Assembly: GCA_045629985.1 (NCBI GenBank)
Contig: JAZQSI010000196.1
Span: 1 to 33,642, forward strand
Source of the DNA: Eubacteriales bacterium
Lineage (GTDB): Bacteria > Bacillota > Clostridia > Oscillospirales > JAAYXM01
DNA: 33,642 nt
Reading direction: 5' to 3'
Positions 1 through 8,268 of the stretch are shown here, one piece after another. The notes beneath the pieces are model-generated. The model searched no databases, was not told where the DNA came from, and was given only the letters and a program-made list of their open reading frames with translations. Within the stretch, counting starts at the first letter, position 1. Every line of letters begins with the position of its first letter. The translations under genes were made by a program, and so were the position numbers.

Positions 1-501
1 TCCGCCGCGCTCAACCTCGAAAGAACCTGCTCTCTGTACCGTCTTATCAAACCTTGCGCCGTCGATTGTTCCAATCGGAGTCATGCTCTTGAGGTCGGAC
101 GCGTTGACAATGTTAAAGTCTCCCTTCGGGAAGACATATACGTCCGCAAGAGAGCCCGTCGCTTCAGGACGGATTTCGATATCTACATTGTATAATCCCT
201 TTACAGGAACACGTACCTGTATTACGAAGATTGAGCCCTTTGCATAGTCTGCAGGCTTCGGGCAGAGCCACATTGAGTTACCTGCGAGAACGGGCCATGT
301 GACGTTTGCAACGTTGTTTACGCACCAGAGGTCTGTTTCTTCCTCGTTCATCTCCTCGTAGCTGTCTGCATACGAGGTATCACGGAGGATGCCGCCTTCG
401 TCAAGACGGCTGTTATGCGGATTATACTTCGTCTGGTCTTTCAATGAGAATGTGCCGATGTTGTACTGGAAGCGGACTCCGATGTTGTCTGCGTTCGGGT
501 C
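1..501 (-). pseudogene. In-frame continuation of the large surface-protein gene beyond the TAG at 502-504; runs off the window edge
   Basis: Manual translation gives 167 stop-free codons (DPNADNIGVRFQY...ETDLWCV...FVIQVRVPVKGLYNVDI...ADVYVFPKG...GSFEVERGG). These match the repeat module of 502..3726 (TDKWA, VLRVAVEAAGEY, AVHFFKEG). No signal peptide or usable RBS/start of its own. Confidence 0.7.
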
Positions 502-3500
502 CTAAACTTCGACCTTGTACTCGCCCTTAAATTCAGGCGCGCTCTTCTTTGTAGCAGTAATCGTTACTTTGCCCTGTGAAACAGGTGTAACAATACCGTT
601 CTCGGAAACGGTTGCAACAGCTTCATCAGAGCTTTCTAAGATGAGGTCAGAGAATGCGATTTCCTTGTTCTGTGCATATTCCCAAACTTCTGTGATATCA
701 AGCTGGAGGCTCTCGCCGTAGTAGATAATATCGGTCTCTGCCGAAATTGCAAGATGCTTTAAGAAGTCAAGGTCAGACGGAATGAGCTCTACTCTTGAGA
801 GTGAGAACCACTGATACGGAACACTTCCCTGATTGAGGGTTGCTGTATTGAGTGTCTTTGAGTTTTCATCCGTAACAAAAGCGATGATGTAATTTCCAGG
901 CTCATCAATGGTGACCTTGCCGATGTAGTCGTAATTTGCTGCCTTTGCTACGTTATAATATCCGAGCTTTGAAGCGGCAGGATAGGTTGCGGGAACTGAC
1001 GCCGTGACGCCTGCCGTATCTTCCTTGAAGAAGTAAACTTGCGGAACTGCGCCATTTGTGCGGTTTTCGCTCTTTCCTCGGACGAGGTATTCGCCCGGAG
1101 CTTCGACGTTAAGGCGGAGAACAACGTAGTTGTCATCCACGCCGTAATCGCTCGGTCTGAACTGGTGGAGGATTGAACCTGAGACATAAAGTGCACCGAG
1201 GTCGCGGCCGCGCTTTTCGGCAACGAGTGCCCACTTATCGGTCTTCTTTTCGTCGCCGTCTTCTTCGGTTGTGTCCATCGCCATAAATGCGACACCGTCT
1301 TTTGCAAACTCTGCCGGAACTTCGTAGTTCCAGTCAAACATTCCCTGGAAGTAGAGACCGCTTGTTGCAGGTCTTACGACCGGGGTGGTTGTGTAGTTTG
1401 AATCTGACGAGGTCAGGTTGTCTGCCTCAAAACCTGCTTTCGATGTGAGGTATGTATGAATTCTTGCCTCGCCCGGGACAAAAACTTTGATTTCGACAGT
1501 GTTTACCTTTGTCGGGTCAGCCTTGAGAGTTGCGGTGATTGTAACCGTACCTGTGCTGATACCTGTTACAACGCCATCGTCAGAAACTGTCGCGATATTG
1601 TTGTCAGAGCTTTCGTATGTAACGTCTGAAACTTCGAGAGCTTCTTCGCCCATAACTGTCCAGATGAGCTTCGGGGTGAGATTTGCTTCCTTTCCGACCA
1701 TAAGAGAGGACTTTGAGGTCTCTACCGTAAAGCTCTCGACAACGTTGTCCTTTGACGGAACAAGCTCGATGCCGCGAAGCTCCATGCTCTGCGCGCTCTG
1801 CGGAGCGAGGTCTTTTGATGTGCTGTCGCAGATGAGCGCAACGATGTAGTTGCCCTCTTCCTCAACGGTAACCTCGCCGATGCCCTTATAGTCTGCACTT
1901 GCGCTATTGAAGTATCCGACAAGCGAGGTAGCGGGGTATGTTGTCTGATTCATGCTGTCAACGCCTGCGGTTCCTTCTTTGAAGAAGTGAACTGCAGGAA
2001 CCATAGTTCCATTGCTTGTTCCCTTTACGCGGAGAATATAGTCACCCGGGGCTTCAACGTTTACGCGGAAGTATGCAGCGGCAACGTCTGCACCGTCACC
2101 GAAGTATGTCTTCTCCGCTTCCATAAAGAAGTGGCCTTTATGAAGTCGTGCGGCGCTTGCAAGCTTTTCCGTTCCGACAAGTGCCCACTTATCGGTTGCA
2201 GAAAGGTTCATAAACGGATTTACTTCCGTGTTGTCCTGAGTAAATTCTGCAGGAACAGAGTAGCTCCAGTTCATAGCGGTCTGGTAGTAGAGAACGAGAT
2301 CGCTTCCCGCAATACGAAGTGTCGGTGCGCCCGTGTTTGCGGAGGACTGAGTATTCAATGTAGCATAGTTGAATGCTTCAAGCTGTGTTTTGTATTCGTG
2401 CTTTCTCTGGTTTGGCATCGCCTTGACGGTAATCTGCAAGGTGTCCGTAAGGGATGCGTTTTCTTTATGTGTTGCAGTGATGGTAACCGTACCGACATCG
2501 ACGCCCGTAACAACGCCATCTGCCGAAACGGTTGCAATATCGCTATCAGAGCTTTCAAAATCGAACTTGTCATTCGGAATTTCTGCACTCGGAGAAACCG
2601 TCCAGATTCCGTTAACGGTGAGGTTTGCCTCGCCATCGGGGTAGATGCTGATTCTGTCAGCCGCAAGCTCGATTTCCGTAAGAGTATCAATCTCAACTGT
2701 TATGTTTGTTGTCGCAGTCTTTGTTCTGTCAGCCTTAAGCGTTGCGGTGATAGTTGCCGCACCCGTCGCAAGCGCCGAAACGACACCGTCTGCCGTGACA
2801 GAAACTACGCCGTTCGGAGAAACGGTAAATTCAACCTCATCTGCACGGAGATCCTTTTCACCCGTAACTGAATAGACTGCCTTGCTCGAGAGCTTGGCAC
2901 TTTCGTTTTCGGAAAGCTTTGCCTTGTCGCTTGTAAGCGTGATGCCCGTGAGTTTGTCCTCGGGCTTTGGAACGAGTTTGATTCCCGAAAGGTGGAATAC
3001 CTGCATTGCTGTAGTTGAATCAAACTCCAGAGAGCCGGAATCTGAAACAAATGCAACGATATAGTTTCCTGCCTCCGTTACATTGACAGTTCCTATATTC
3101 TCATATGAAGAAGAATTGCAGTTAAAGTAGCCTGTCTTTGAGTTTGCGGGGAAAGTCGTCTGGTTTGTGCTTGTAACCCCCGAGAGTCCTTCCTTGAAGA
3201 AGTGAACCGCAGGATGTGCGGAAGCACCGCTCTGACCCTTGAGTGAAAGAACATATTCACCCGCAGCTTCAACTGCGACACGCAACACTACATACGGAGC
3301 ACCGGCAGTTTCTCCAAAGTAAGTCTTTGGCTGATCCTGCCAGATGTATCCCTTATGCAGACGGAGCGAGCTGTTGAGATCGCGCGATCCGACAAACGCC
3401 CACTTATCAGTCACGGAGAGATTCATAAACGGATTTACTTCCGTGCTGTCCGTCGTGTACTCTGCAGGGACAGTGTAGTTCCAATTCATCGCCGGCTTAT

Positions 3501-3726
3501 AATACAAAAGTCTGTCAGAGCCGGAGATACGGATAGTCGGAGCACTTGTGTTCGCCGAATTCGTTGCCGTTACTGTCGAGTAGTTAAACGAGTCAAGGCC
3601 GATAACATACTCGTGCTCCCGCGGTTCCGGTGTCGATGTCATATCCCCATCTGCGGCAAAAACCGTTGCAGGGATGAGTGACACCACCATCACGAGCGCG
3701 AGAATGAAAGCTAAATGTTTTTTCAT
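502..3726 (-). CDS. Large secreted/surface protein: Sec signal peptide, three copies of an unknown ~215-aa module and four Ig-like (Big_2-type) domains
   Basis: N-terminus MKKHLAFILALVMVVSLIPATVFA|A with RBS AGGAGGAG. Big_2 signature such as ESSDxxIATVSxDGVVTGxxxGTVTITAT occurs four times. Repeated NPFMNLSxTDKWA/GNYIVA modules. Confidence 0.85.
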   Translation of the reverse strand: MKKHLAFILALVMVVSLIPATVFAADGDMTSTPEPREHEYVIGLDSFNYSTVTATNSANTSAPTIRISGSDRLLYYKPAMNWNYTVPAEYTTDSTEVNPFMNLSVTDKWAFVGSRDLNSSLRLHKGYIWQDQPKTYFGETAGAPYVVLRVAVEAAGEYVLSLKGQSGASAHPAVHFFKEGLSGVTSTNQTTFPANSKTGYFNCNSSSYENIGTVNVTEAGNYIVAFVSDSGSLEFDSTTAMQVFHLSGIKLVPKPEDKLTGITLTSDKAKLSENESAKLSSKAVYSVTGEKDLRADEVEFTVSPNGVVSVTADGVVSALATGAATITATLKADRTKTATTNITVEIDTLTEIELAADRISIYPDGEANLTVNGIWTVSPSAEIPNDKFDFESSDSDIATVSADGVVTGVDVGTVTITATHKENASLTDTLQITVKAMPNQRKHEYKTQLEAFNYATLNTQSSANTGAPTLRIAGSDLVLYYQTAMNWSYSVPAEFTQDNTEVNPFMNLSATDKWALVGTEKLASAARLHKGHFFMEAEKTYFGDGADVAAAYFRVNVEAPGDYILRVKGTSNGTMVPAVHFFKEGTAGVDSMNQTTYPATSLVGYFNSASADYKGIGEVTVEEEGNYIVALICDSTSKDLAPQSAQSMELRGIELVPSKDNVVESFTVETSKSSLMVGKEANLTPKLIWTVMGEEALEVSDVTYESSDNNIATVSDDGVVTGISTGTVTITATLKADPTKVNTVEIKVFVPGEARIHTYLTSKAGFEADNLTSSDSNYTTTPVVRPATSGLYFQGMFDWNYEVPAEFAKDGVAFMAMDTTEEDGDEKKTDKWALVAEKRGRDLGALYVSGSILHQFRPSDYGVDDNYVVLRLNVEAPGEYLVRGKSENRTNGAVPQVYFFKEDTAGVTASVPATYPAASKLGYYNVAKAANYDYIGKVTIDEPGNYIIAFVTDENSKTLNTATLNQGSVPYQWFSLSRVELIPSDLDFLKHLAISAETDIIYYGESLQLDITEVWEYAQNKEIAFSDLILESSDEAVATVSENGIVTPVSQGKVTITATKKSAPEFKGEYKVEV

Positions 3727-3809
3727 TTTTCTCCTCCTGTTTTCTTCTCTATATTTGTTTTTTATATCATAATGTCTCTAAAAACACCTTTTTAGGCATT
3801 TATAGTGAC

Positions 3810-3838
3810 ATTATAACACGTTACTCTCTTCCCGTCTT
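3810..3838 (-). promoter_or_regulatory. Putative extended -10 promoter of the surface-protein gene
   Basis: TGTTATAAT on the minus strand (3810-3818); the -35 position is poor (AAGACG). Confidence 0.45.
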
Positions 3839-3926
3839 GTATAAAACTCTCATTTAAAAAGGACAATGGCTGTTTTTCCCTTGTATTTATTTGGAGTTTA
3901 CCTTCGTCTCCGATGGGTGCAAAGGA

Positions 3927-3971
3927 AAGTTTACGGCGGAGCTTCTTGCATCGAAACTCCGCCGTAAACTT
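3927..3971 (-). terminator. Hairpin/terminator after the AraC gene
   Basis: 15-bp perfect inverted repeat AAGTTTACGGCGGAG...CTCCGCCGTAAACTT at the AraC stop, followed by a short pyrimidine tail on the minus strand. Confidence 0.65.
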
Positions 3972-4911
3972 ATCTGTTTTTCATTGTTGTTTTTTTGTTT
4001 CTCGGTTTTCTTTTTAAAGTCAGCTCGATTTCCCTTGGGCCATCCTCACAAACGATGCAGATATCGTCGAAAATCGTTTTGTTTTCCAGGCGATACTGTG
4101 TGGGCGTAATTCCCATGCTCTCCGAGAAGGCATGCGTAAAGTGCGCCTCGTCATAAAAGCCTGCTTCGCCCGCTATTGAAATCATTTTCTTATCCGTCCT
4201 CGCAAGCTGGAGGCAGGCGTATCTCACTCTCATATTGAGGAGCATCTGCGCGAAGGTCGTACCCGTAACTTTCTTGAAGTTTCGCATGAACGCCGCCTGC
4301 GATATGTTAAGAACATTGCAGATTCCGTCAATCGTCATCTTCTCCGAAATATCCTCTGCTGCATAAGAAACGACTTGCGTGATTTCATTTATTCGTCTTC
4401 TTTTCGTTTGTGTCAGCTTCTTCGCTTCATCTGCCGAACTTATTTTTTTGAAAACGCGCACAAGCAAGGATGTAAGTCTTGAGACGTTTCCGCCCCTGGG
4501 TCTTGCACATTCTGCTTTTATTGCCGATATAAGCTCACCGAACTCATGTTTTTCCTCTCCTTCGAAGTGTGAGAAAAACTCAATGCGATGACCGAACGCA
4601 TACGGCTTGTCCCCCAGGAGGAGAACGTCATCTTCAACACTTGCAAACATTGCTTCCGTAAACGAAATTGAAATGACTTCGGAATCTGATCCTTTCGGCG
4701 TGGCGTGAGGGCAAAACGCAGGAATGAATATGCACGAGCCTTCCTTCACTCTGCAGGTATCTTTTCCTACAGTGTGAAGAAATTCGCCACGAAGAACATA
4801 CCATATCTGCGGGAAGTTATGCCAATGCATCATTGCTCCCTCACCCGTAATTTCCGTTACGGAGCAGGGAGGCTTCATGATCGCGGCATGCACCTCGACT
4901 CTATTTGTCAT
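3970..4911 (-). CDS. AraC-family transcriptional regulator with N-terminal cupin domain
   Basis: Cupin motif MHWHNFPQIWYVLRGE...PAFCPH; C-terminal double HTH (FKKVTGTTF...IAGEAGFYDEAHFTHAFSESMGITPTQYR). Confidence 0.9.
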   Translation of the reverse strand: MTNRVEVHAAIMKPPCSVTEITGEGAMMHWHNFPQIWYVLRGEFLHTVGKDTCRVKEGSCIFIPAFCPHATPKGSDSEVISISFTEAMFASVEDDVLLLGDKPYAFGHRIEFFSHFEGEEKHEFGELISAIKAECARPRGGNVSRLTSLLVRVFKKISSADEAKKLTQTKRRRINEITQVVSYAAEDISEKMTIDGICNVLNISQAAFMRNFKKVTGTTFAQMLLNMRVRYACLQLARTDKKMISIAGEAGFYDEAHFTHAFSESMGITPTQYRLENKTIFDDICIVCEDGPREIELTLKRKPRNKKTTMKNR

Positions 4912-5009
4912 TTTCTTCTCCCCTTTTCAATCAAAACGACGGTGGTGTTGACAACACATTCATCTGCACTTTGATCAAATAAATCCGGTCTCATCACCAG
5001 CGTTGATTC

Positions 5010-5042
5010 TTCGGGGGGAGAGAGGCAAACTCTCCCCCCGAA
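5010..5042. terminator. Strong GC-rich hairpin downstream of the ASRT gene (terminator or mRNA stabiliser)
   Basis: 13-bp stem TTCGGGGGGAGAG/CTCTCCCCCCGAA; no clear U-tract on the minus strand. Confidence 0.5.
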
Positions 5043-5063
5043 TGATGCAAAGTTTAGCTTATC

Positions 5064-5429
5064 TTACTTTGCGCAGTAGCCTGTTGAGTAGTAACCGAGG
5101 TCGTTGCGGCGGTCAAGACGTCCGAAGCTTGCGCAGATAGCGATATCTGACTCAAGCTCGAGTGAGTACTGACCGAACGGAATCTGGAACTGCTCTTCGC
5201 AGAACGGAAGGTCAACTCTCCAGCACATAACTCTCTCAGCCGGAACAACGAGGTGGAGACCCTTTACCGGTTCCTTGTCTGAGAAGTAGATGTTTACGAG
5301 AATGTGAGCATCCTTCTTGTTCTTGTTTGTGATCATGAGAGCTTCATGACCCGGAAGAGAAGGATCGTTGCCTTCGCCCGGGATGTCGCCATCAATAAAC
5401 ATATAGTTCTTATATCCGAGTGTGCTCAT
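5064..5429 (-). CDS. ASRT (Anabaena sensory rhodopsin transducer)-family small beta-sandwich protein
   Basis: 121 aa with DGDIP...HEALMITN...DAHILVNIYFSDKEPV...VPAERV...ESD...RLD, collinear with the recalled ASRT pattern (EGYIP, HETVCILN, DAHVEITIYYSDKEPV, VPARRT, RLD). Confidence 0.85.
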   Translation of the reverse strand: MSTLGYKNYMFIDGDIPGEGNDPSLPGHEALMITNKNKKDAHILVNIYFSDKEPVKGLHLVVPAERVMCWRVDLPFCEEQFQIPFGQYSLELESDIAICASFGRLDRRNDLGYYSTGYCAK

Positions 5430-5464
5430 TGTAGTTTCCTCCTATGTTATGTAATTCTTACCTA

Positions 5465-6637
5465 TTAAAGATCCTTGGAGAGGTAAGCATCCATCTTCGG
5501 GGACATCGGACGGCAGCCGTCTTCTGTGATGATGTAGCCTGTCTCGATACGTCCGCCGTGGAGCTGCGGGTGACCGAAGAAGCTTACGTCAACCATAACT
5601 GTCATACCCGGAACGAGAACGAAGTCGCCGTTCGGGCCGAAGAACGGAGCTTCAGCTTCCATAAGACCGATTGAGTGAGCAAACGGGCAAACGATGTAGT
5701 CTGCAAGGCCGTGCTTCTCGTAGTACTTACGTCCCGGAACGTCGATTTCCTTACCTGTCATGCCGGGCTTGAGCATCTCGCGTGTGAGGCGCAATGTCTC
5801 ACGCATGTGGTTGAGGAGATCCTTCTGTGTCTGTGTGTAAACGCCGTTAACCGGAAGAGTATCGCCGAATGTTCCGGCGTAGCCGTTGTATCTCGGAGCG
5901 ATACCGATCATAACGAGCTCGCCGTCTTCCATAACCTTGTCTGTTGCTGTCGGAACAACTGCCTTTGCGCGCTCGCCTGAACCGACGATGCAGGAGTAAG
6001 CAAAGCTTGTTGCGCCGTTGATGCGGCAGATAGCTTCACCAGCTGCAGCAACTTCAAATTCGCGTGCGCCCGGCTTGATTGCCTCTACCATCTTGTCGTA
6101 TGCGATGTCGCAGAGGTTTGTAGCCTTGATGATCTGCTCGCCTTCCCAAGCTGACTTCCATGCGCGGAGGTCTTCGTACTCATCTGTGATGTCAACGAGC
6201 TCGATGCCGCCAAAGCCTTCCTGGAAATCGCAGTAAACCTGGTGCGGGATTGTAGCTGTACCTACGAAGCCGATACGCTTAAGGTCTGTGCCTTCAGCCT
6301 TGAGTTCTTCGTAGAGCTGCTTGAAGTCGATGATTGTAGCGTTCGGATACTCTTCTTCCGGAACCATGAATACCGGGAAGCAACGAACCTTAGTGATAGC
6401 AGAGCTCATCTTTGCAAACGGCTCTGACTCCGGACCACCGAGGAGGATCGGCTCGCCTTCGAGCGGAACGAGAACTGAACCCTTCTCAAACTGTCCGCAC
6501 CAACCGGTGAGGTACCAACCGTTAGCTACGTTAAGCTCATCGAAATAAATGAGAGCTGCGTCAAGGCCCTTAGCCTTAAGGATTTCTCTGACCGCTTTAA
6601 TTCTTTTTTCGGTCTCTGCAGGATTGTAGTATGCCAT
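5465..6637 (-). CDS. M24 (pita-bread fold) creatinase/Xaa-Pro peptidase-like hydrolase, non-canonical active site
   Basis: Creatinase-like N-domain, LRAWKSAWE linker, AIKPGAREFEVAA, IVGSGER, AHSIGL, GGRIETGYIITEDG. Confidence 0.85.
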   Translation of the reverse strand: MAYYNPAETEKRIKAVREILKAKGLDAALIYFDELNVANGWYLTGWCGQFEKGSVLVPLEGEPILLGGPESEPFAKMSSAITKVRCFPVFMVPEEEYPNATIIDFKQLYEELKAEGTDLKRIGFVGTATIPHQVYCDFQEGFGGIELVDITDEYEDLRAWKSAWEGEQIIKATNLCDIAYDKMVEAIKPGAREFEVAAAGEAICRINGATSFAYSCIVGSGERAKAVVPTATDKVMEDGELVMIGIAPRYNGYAGTFGDTLPVNGVYTQTQKDLLNHMRETLRLTREMLKPGMTGKEIDVPGRKYYEKHGLADYIVCPFAHSIGLMEAEAPFFGPNGDFVLVPGMTVMVDVSFFGHPQLHGGRIETGYIITEDGCRPMSPKMDAYLSKDL

Positions 6638-6665
6638 TTTCTTTTTCTCCTTTACAATTTATTTT

Positions 6666-8081
6666 TTACATGAAGTTATCATCCAACGGGAACATCGGAC
6701 GGCGGATATTCTTAAGACCCATGTCTTCAAGACGCTCGCACGAGCTTCCCGGTGTGAATGCAAGAATGGAACGTTCTGCGATTTCGGCAAGTTCGGGGAA
6801 AAGATAGCCGAGCTTTACTACGATTATCTTAAACTTTGAAATGTCGATATCGACAGATGCGAAGATGTCGCGACGGCACATTGATGCGCGGTTTTTCGTT
6901 ATGACGACTGTCATATTTCCGCAGTCAAGCGTCGCGGACGGGCCTTCGTTACCGCCCGTGTAGGAGAGAATGTCTCCTTTATGTATGAGCTTACCTGTGA
7001 TGTGGGCAGTCTCGCTGTTTTTGTCAAGCGTACCGCCGACATCAAGTGAGAGCACGTCGCCAATCTCTGCCTCGTAGCACTTTGCGCAAGCCTTCTCGTC
7101 AGCGATACCTGCGATAAGGACGTTTTCTGCGCCCATGTCGAGGATGCGGTTAATCATAAACGCATTGTCGCCCGATGCGCCTGCCGTTGTGTTATCGCCC
7201 GAGTCGGAGATAAAGACCTGACGCTCCTTATCCTCCATCGCACGCTTGATTGCCTCAAGTGGCTCAACTGCTTCGATGAGGAACTTGAACTCGTGGCGGA
7301 TGTCGTAGAACTTCTTTGCGATGTCCTCTGCAATCTTCTTCGCAAGAGCTGTATCACTCTCGTGAGTAACAACAATGCTCGGACCCATATAAGGCTCGTC
7401 TATCCACTGGTCGCCGCCGAAGACCTGAACACACATAACACCCGGAGTATTCTTCTCGTACTCCTCTGCAAGCTCCATTATGCTACGAAGCGGCTCAAGC
7501 GCCGTCTGGACAGCATCACCCGGAGCGCAAACGTCAACTCTTGCCATCTGCGGAGACGGGAGAATCTTCTTTTCTATGCATTCGAAAAGAAGCTCAAGGG
7601 CATGAAGCTGTGTTCTTGCATGGTCACAATGCGGAGCAGTTCTGAACGCTGCCATACAGTTTGAAAGAGAAACTATTTCGTCTGTGTTGTTTGCGTGAAA
7701 GTCCATCGCAAGGGAAATCGGAATGTTAGGGCCGACTTTCTTTCTTACTTCGCGGATGAGGTATGCATCGCCCGAGCCGATCTCCTCGACATACATCGTG
7801 CCGTGGATGAAGAGCCAGACGCCGTCAATACCCTCTGACGGGATACCGTCAACAATCTCGCCTGCGAGACGGAGGAAGTCTTTCTTCACAACCGCACCGC
7901 CCGGGAGAGCGTGGGCATAAATCGTCGGCACGACCTCAACTCCCTTTTCGCGGAGACGGTCACCTATCGCGATTTTCTCAAGCATCGCCTCGCCGACAGC
8001 ATAGTCGAAATCTTCAAATCTCGTATGTATCGGGGAGATGCTGTTACCCTCACACTGGAGAGAACCGATAGCAATTCTCAA
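6666..8081 (-). CDS. M81-family (MlrC-like) metallohydrolase
   Basis: MRIAIGSLQCEGNSISP, FIHGTM, MDFHAN, FRTAPHCD, DSGDNTTAGA, IIVVKLGY; TTG start after RBS AAAGGAG. Confidence 0.88.
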   Translation of the reverse strand: MRIAIGSLQCEGNSISPIHTRFEDFDYAVGEAMLEKIAIGDRLREKGVEVVPTIYAHALPGGAVVKKDFLRLAGEIVDGIPSEGIDGVWLFIHGTMYVEEIGSGDAYLIREVRKKVGPNIPISLAMDFHANNTDEIVSLSNCMAAFRTAPHCDHARTQLHALELLFECIEKKILPSPQMARVDVCAPGDAVQTALEPLRSIMELAEEYEKNTPGVMCVQVFGGDQWIDEPYMGPSIVVTHESDTALAKKIAEDIAKKFYDIRHEFKFLIEAVEPLEAIKRAMEDKERQVFISDSGDNTTAGASGDNAFMINRILDMGAENVLIAGIADEKACAKCYEAEIGDVLSLDVGGTLDKNSETAHITGKLIHKGDILSYTGGNEGPSATLDCGNMTVVITKNRASMCRRDIFASVDIDISKFKIIVVKLGYLFPELAEIAERSILAFTPGSSCERLEDMGLKNIRRPMFPLDDNFM

Positions 8082-8221
8082 ACAAACTCACTCCTTTCTC
8101 AATTGAAATATTACAAAAATGTAAAATAGCCTACTTATATTATATTATCTATATATGCGTTTCGGAATACATTTTTGTGTTGTAAACATATCTAATCGTA
8201 AACAAAATTTTCTATAAATTA

Positions 8222-8250
8222 TTGCAACGCCTTATCTTCTGTGTTATACT
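8222..8250 (+). promoter_or_regulatory. sigmaA-type promoter of the divergent AraC gene
   Basis: TTGCAA-17 bp-TATACT with TG extension. Confidence 0.65.
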
Positions 8251-8268
8251 AAAACCGAGGTGATGGTA

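Noticed and set aside
502-504. Genome-wide TAG reassignment
   Set aside because: dnaJ, grpE, Fe-ADH, the AraC at 9159 and CYTH end at TAG at their expected C-termini.
4985-5000. Fluoride riboswitch or hammerhead from minus-strand GGTGATGAG
   Set aside because: The required pairing partners and downstream conserved nucleotides are absent, and the gene context does not fit.
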